A DNA stretch of 63,289 nucleotides, the filler included, from Atractiella rhizophila (lineage: Eukaryota): assembly GCA_021432655.1 (NCBI GenBank). It is 5 parts of 5 records of this genome, joined end to end, with 100 filler letters (N's around TTAATTAATTAA, not from the genome) between each part and the next. Parts side by side here need not be neighbours in the genome. Positions count along the whole stretch, not along the records: positions 58,402 to 63,289 come from MU271967.1; 4 more parts are not named here. One strand, 5' to 3'. The notes below the pieces were generated by a model that worked only from the letters and a program-made list of their open reading frames with translations, made no database searches and was not told the origin of the DNA. The translations under genes were made by a program, and so were the position numbers. Positions 59,488-63,289 of the stretch are shown here, one piece after another. Position 1 is the stretch's first letter. The number at the start of each line of letters is the position of its first letter.

Positions 59488-62400
59488 TTACGAAAACCGA
59501 AACACAGGCAACTCCTCAACCCTCATTCCCTTCACTTCCTCTCTCGCCTCTTTATCCAGTCTATCTTCCCCGCTCTTTCCAAACAGTGCTCCGACGCCAG
59601 GTAGAGCTGCAGACGAGAAATCAAACTTTCTTAATTCTCCCGCTTGCATCGATAAAACCTTCTTGCGGGCCTCGTCTTCACTCAACGAGTCAGGATGAGC
59701 TGACATTGTTGACGCAGTCGTATTCGACTTCCCGAACGCGAACGTCGAAGAAGGCAAAGTGGACGATGCAGGAGTAAGCGTCTTGTCCGTGGATGATGAC
59801 CCAAATGAGAAGGCAGGAGTGGTTTTCGCACCAAACGTTTGACCAGCGCTTGAGAAAGCAGACGATCCAAAACTCGAGGCGAAAGCGGATCCTGGAACCT
59901 CTGCCTTCTTTTCAATCGCCGCAGGAGCAGGATCAGGCGTCTTTCCGAATATCGAGGAGCCCCCGAATGAGCTTGTAGTAGAAGAAGCACCGAAGGGGAT
60001 TGCAGTAGCTGTCGATGAAGCACCAAATGGTACGGAAGATGAAGGAGGTTTGAATGCAAAGGTGGCAGTTGTAGGAACGGGGTTCGGGCTGTTAGATTTT
60101 GTCGAAGACGTGCTAGAGGCAGTGGGAGGATTAAAACTGAACGGTTTAGCTGCTGCAGGGGCCATAGTTTCCTGTATTGTGCCTTTAGATGCCCCAAAAT
60201 TGAACCGGGGAGGTTCCTTCGTTGTGGTCGGCTTTGTAGACGGCGCAACTGCATTCTTCCTCTCCGCGGGCTCGATAGATATTGATCGGGAGGCCTTCTT
60301 CGATTTAGGTGTTGGTGGAGCAATCTCCTCAACGTCAGCGTCTAGTTCATCTTCCTCTTCTTCTTCAACTGCACTTCGTGCATATGCGGCGATAGTATCG
60401 TCACCCTCCCCTTCCTCATAGTCTTCATCGCCATCCCGTTCCTCCCGTTCCTCCTCTTCTCCTTCCGCTTCCTGCTCCTCCTCGTCATCATCTTCAACAG
60501 GGAGCACTTGCGTTCTCTTCTTCGCTGGCGTCGCCTGCCTCCTGACCATACTCTTCGGCGGTGAAGAGGTGACGTCGACCTCCATCTCTTCGTCTCCCTC
60601 CGAATCATCAAGAACGACGACCGGCGAGCTAGATTTGCTCTGTTGAGGTGGTTGAGGTTTTGCTGAAGGAGGAGCGACATCCTTTTTATGCGATTCGAGA
60701 GGGGCGAAGAGGGAGACGGGTATGTCAGGCAGTTGGGTTTTCGACGTAGTGCGCGGTACGGATGCTGGCGGCTTAACGGGTTCCGTCTTCTTTGGGATGG
60801 AGGCTGGTTCTGCTTTCTTCGCCACAGTGGCGGGCTCTGACTTCCTCTCCTTACCGCGATACTCCTAGAAATGACATTTATTCACGAGAAAACGGTTTGA
60901 ATAGGAGGCACGTACTTTAGGCATGGTCCGGGCAAGAAGTTCTTCCGCCGTCTCTTTCTTCTTTTCAGGTACTGGGTCAGGCTTCTTAACCGGAACTAGA
61001 TTTTTCGCCTTTTCAGGCTTTTTGCTTCCCGCCTACCCGCATATCAGTCTCATCGTTAGAGATAGTGGAAAGGATGTACCTTTGCACTCTGCCTCGTAAC
61101 ACGAGCAAGGACCTGAGAGTCAGCAGCATAAGGATTTGCGATCTTGCTCAATTTCTGCGCCGCAAGGCCATCAATTTCCCTCAACCTACCCTTGCAGAGG
61201 GGATACTCACATTCTTCCCATCCTCCTCCTTAATGATATCCAACATAAAATCCGCCGTCTTCGTAGATCGATTCAACCGTCCGCTCGCGCTCTTTCCGAG
61301 GTCCCCATTTGTAGATGATTCCGAGGGGGAAGATGGAGTATCAACCCTCTGGACCTGTCTTAAGGGACTAGGTTTGACGGGTGCAGTCTTCGTAAGTTGC
61401 CTCAAATTGCTAGGCAGGGTTTCAAAAAGAGCGTTCGCCTTCTTCCCTCCCACTTGCGACCTTCCTACCTCCAGGGGTGCCTCCACAGATACGGGTACGG
61501 GCTCGGGAGGAGCGACTTCCTCTTCGACCTCGACCTCTACCTCCATCTCCTCCTCCTCCTGCTGATGATCCGGACCCATCAACTCCTGCACCGTCAACTT
61601 CCTCCTTTTCTTCGGCGTTTCCTCCCTAACCAAAAAGTGTTCCGCCTCCCTCGCCCTCTCCCTCTTCCCTCCTTCCTTCACCACCTCCTCCTGGACCAGC
61701 GGCGCGAACTCGATCGACCCAAACGCCTTTTCCGCCGCCTTCTCGTTCGCAATTCGGCGCCGTTGGCGCTGTAACGCTTGGAGGGAGTACCCAGGTCCGA
61801 GGTAGATGGGAGCGCGGGTGGGAACGCGAGTCCGCCGGAGGGAGGGCTCGGTGGGGGAATTGGTGGGTTGGGAGGATGATGGGAAGTGGGAGAAGGTCGT
61901 GCTGTTGCTTAGAGAGGGTTTGGGCATGGTTGGGAGGTTAGATGGGAGGGTGGGACTGAAGGGGTGCTGGGTGGAGGAGAAAGAGGGTGTTCGTGACGCC
62001 ATCTTTACACGGGGTATGGATAAGCCACAAGGAAAACTCGGTGGAATGTGCTTACTGAGCTGTTGGATCGCCTGCGCTGAGAACCTTGCGTTGAGGTTGA
62101 ACTGTAAGGGTTAAAGCGCGTCGATGCACTATTGTTGAGTCCATTTGTCGTCGAAGTCGAAGCAGGAAGTCGAAGGTTCGCCCAAGCTATAAAAGGAAGT
62201 TAGTAGATGCACGCAATATTGATTATTCTAACGGGGAGAAGATGGAGTCCAAAACAAGAGCAAGTATGGAAGACGAGACGATCCCAATGTCACTCAACTT
62301 AGCAAAAGCAACGTTGGGATTAACAGTGGCAAGCGTGGTTGTTTGAACACCTCCACCTTCGACTTTACCCATAAGAACAAGTCCTTCAGGCACATAGAAT

Positions 62401-63289
62401 GCGCAAGACAGATCCATCTCCCCACAACATGCCATACAAAAACCTCGAGTAAAGCAGACGTACGATTACTCTCTCTTCCCCTTTTCTTAGCACCCGTACT
62501 CCTCTTCAAAACCCTTTCGACCTCCGCAATTCCCTCCTCTCCCTTGCCCTGAATATACCTCTCCAACTCTCCCAACACATTCTCCCCATCCCCTCCTTCA
62601 CCCCGCCTTTCCTTGAAAGCAGCAGAAGTGGCAGTGGAAGTAGCAGTGGTCATAGCTCTCGACGGCGGTACGAAGGAAGCTGTCCGTCGGGATGCGTGAG
62701 GAGAGTGTGTAGGCGTGGCAACGTGCGGAAAGACGAGGCTGCCGCTTATTGCAGGAGTGGTAGGTATGACAGCAGGGTCGAAGGGTTTGGTCGCCTTCGA
62801 ACGAGGAGGCGTGATGAGTTGAGGAGCAGGCGAGAGGTCCGGGTAGAGGTCTTCGGCTGTGAAGGTGCGGGACATGGTCATCGTTCGTTCTCCCTCTCCA
62901 TCCTCCTCCTCCTCCTCCACCTCCTCGTTGTCGCTTATAGCATACGACCCTCGCTTTTTTGAGTTGGAGTTGGAGGTGGGACGACTGAACAACGTGGAAT
63001 TCGCGAATCCCGCATCTTCGACTTCGGGATCGGACACCTCTCCAATCCCACTGCTCTCACTAACACCCACCGACCTCTCCCTCTCCCCATCCCCGTCCAT
63101 TCCACCACCACCACCCAAAAGCTCATCCGCGACCTCCGCCTCCGAATCCTCCTTCTTCCCTCCCCAAAAGAACGACGATATAGATCTGAGCAACCCAAAC
63201 CCTCCGGACGACGCGGAGTTCGTGAGCTTGGGACGCTTTGCTGGTTTGGGCGAAGAGTCGGCGGATGAGAGGGTTTGGATGGTTTGGGG
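59488..63289 (-). CDS. Nuclear-basket-type FG nucleoporin (Nup1/Nup60/Nup124-like), multi-exon, 5' end outside window
   Basis: N-terminal amphipathic GFGLLRSISSFFWG, disordered body, FxFG/PFG repeats (FNFG, FSFN, FAFK, PFG, FSFG, FAFG) and C-terminal ELPVFRFS. Exon ORFs 62294-63193, 61181-62002 and 59488-60825. Confidence 0.7.

Overview
Fungal genomic DNA, most likely a basidiomycete. Many 42-55 nt introns and the protein sequences suggest a Pucciniomycotina-like fungus, but the species cannot be established from this window. It is not one locus: four identical 100-nt N-spacers carrying a TTAATTAATTAA linker join segments of steadily decreasing length, so these are probably size-sorted unplaced contigs. 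Contig 1 (1-14595) is a nest of decayed mobile DNA: an internally deleted Helitron ending in an array of GNA-triloop hairpins, an LTR-like repeat, and a frameshifted gene resembling the tyrosine-recombinase-like N-terminal half of fungal telomere-linked RecQ helicases, with a ~58-bp repeat array upstream. It also holds an F-box gene, a membrane protein gene, two tandem GNAT acetyltransferases and tRNA-Lys(CTT). Contig 2 has a Ser/Thr-rich single-pass surface protein, an RNAi-type RdRP, a DUF89/ARMT1-like phosphatase and a membrane protein. Contig 3 has a 4,428-bp tandem duplication of a large orphan gene and a SNF2 (Rad5/Rad16-like) ATPase. Contig 4 has an Ecm14-like carboxypeptidase, UTP13, a MetR/Zip1-like bZIP, ATP5, CDC24, eIF5A and Copia LTR debris. 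Contig 5 has SEC72 and an FG-type basket nucleoporin. The best novelty candidates are the putative recombinase/RecQ-type element with its repeat-rich terminus, the Helitron GNA-hairpin cassette, an in-frame intron inside the RdRP catalytic motif, and the asymmetrically diverged duplication with a hairpin-loop micro-inversion.
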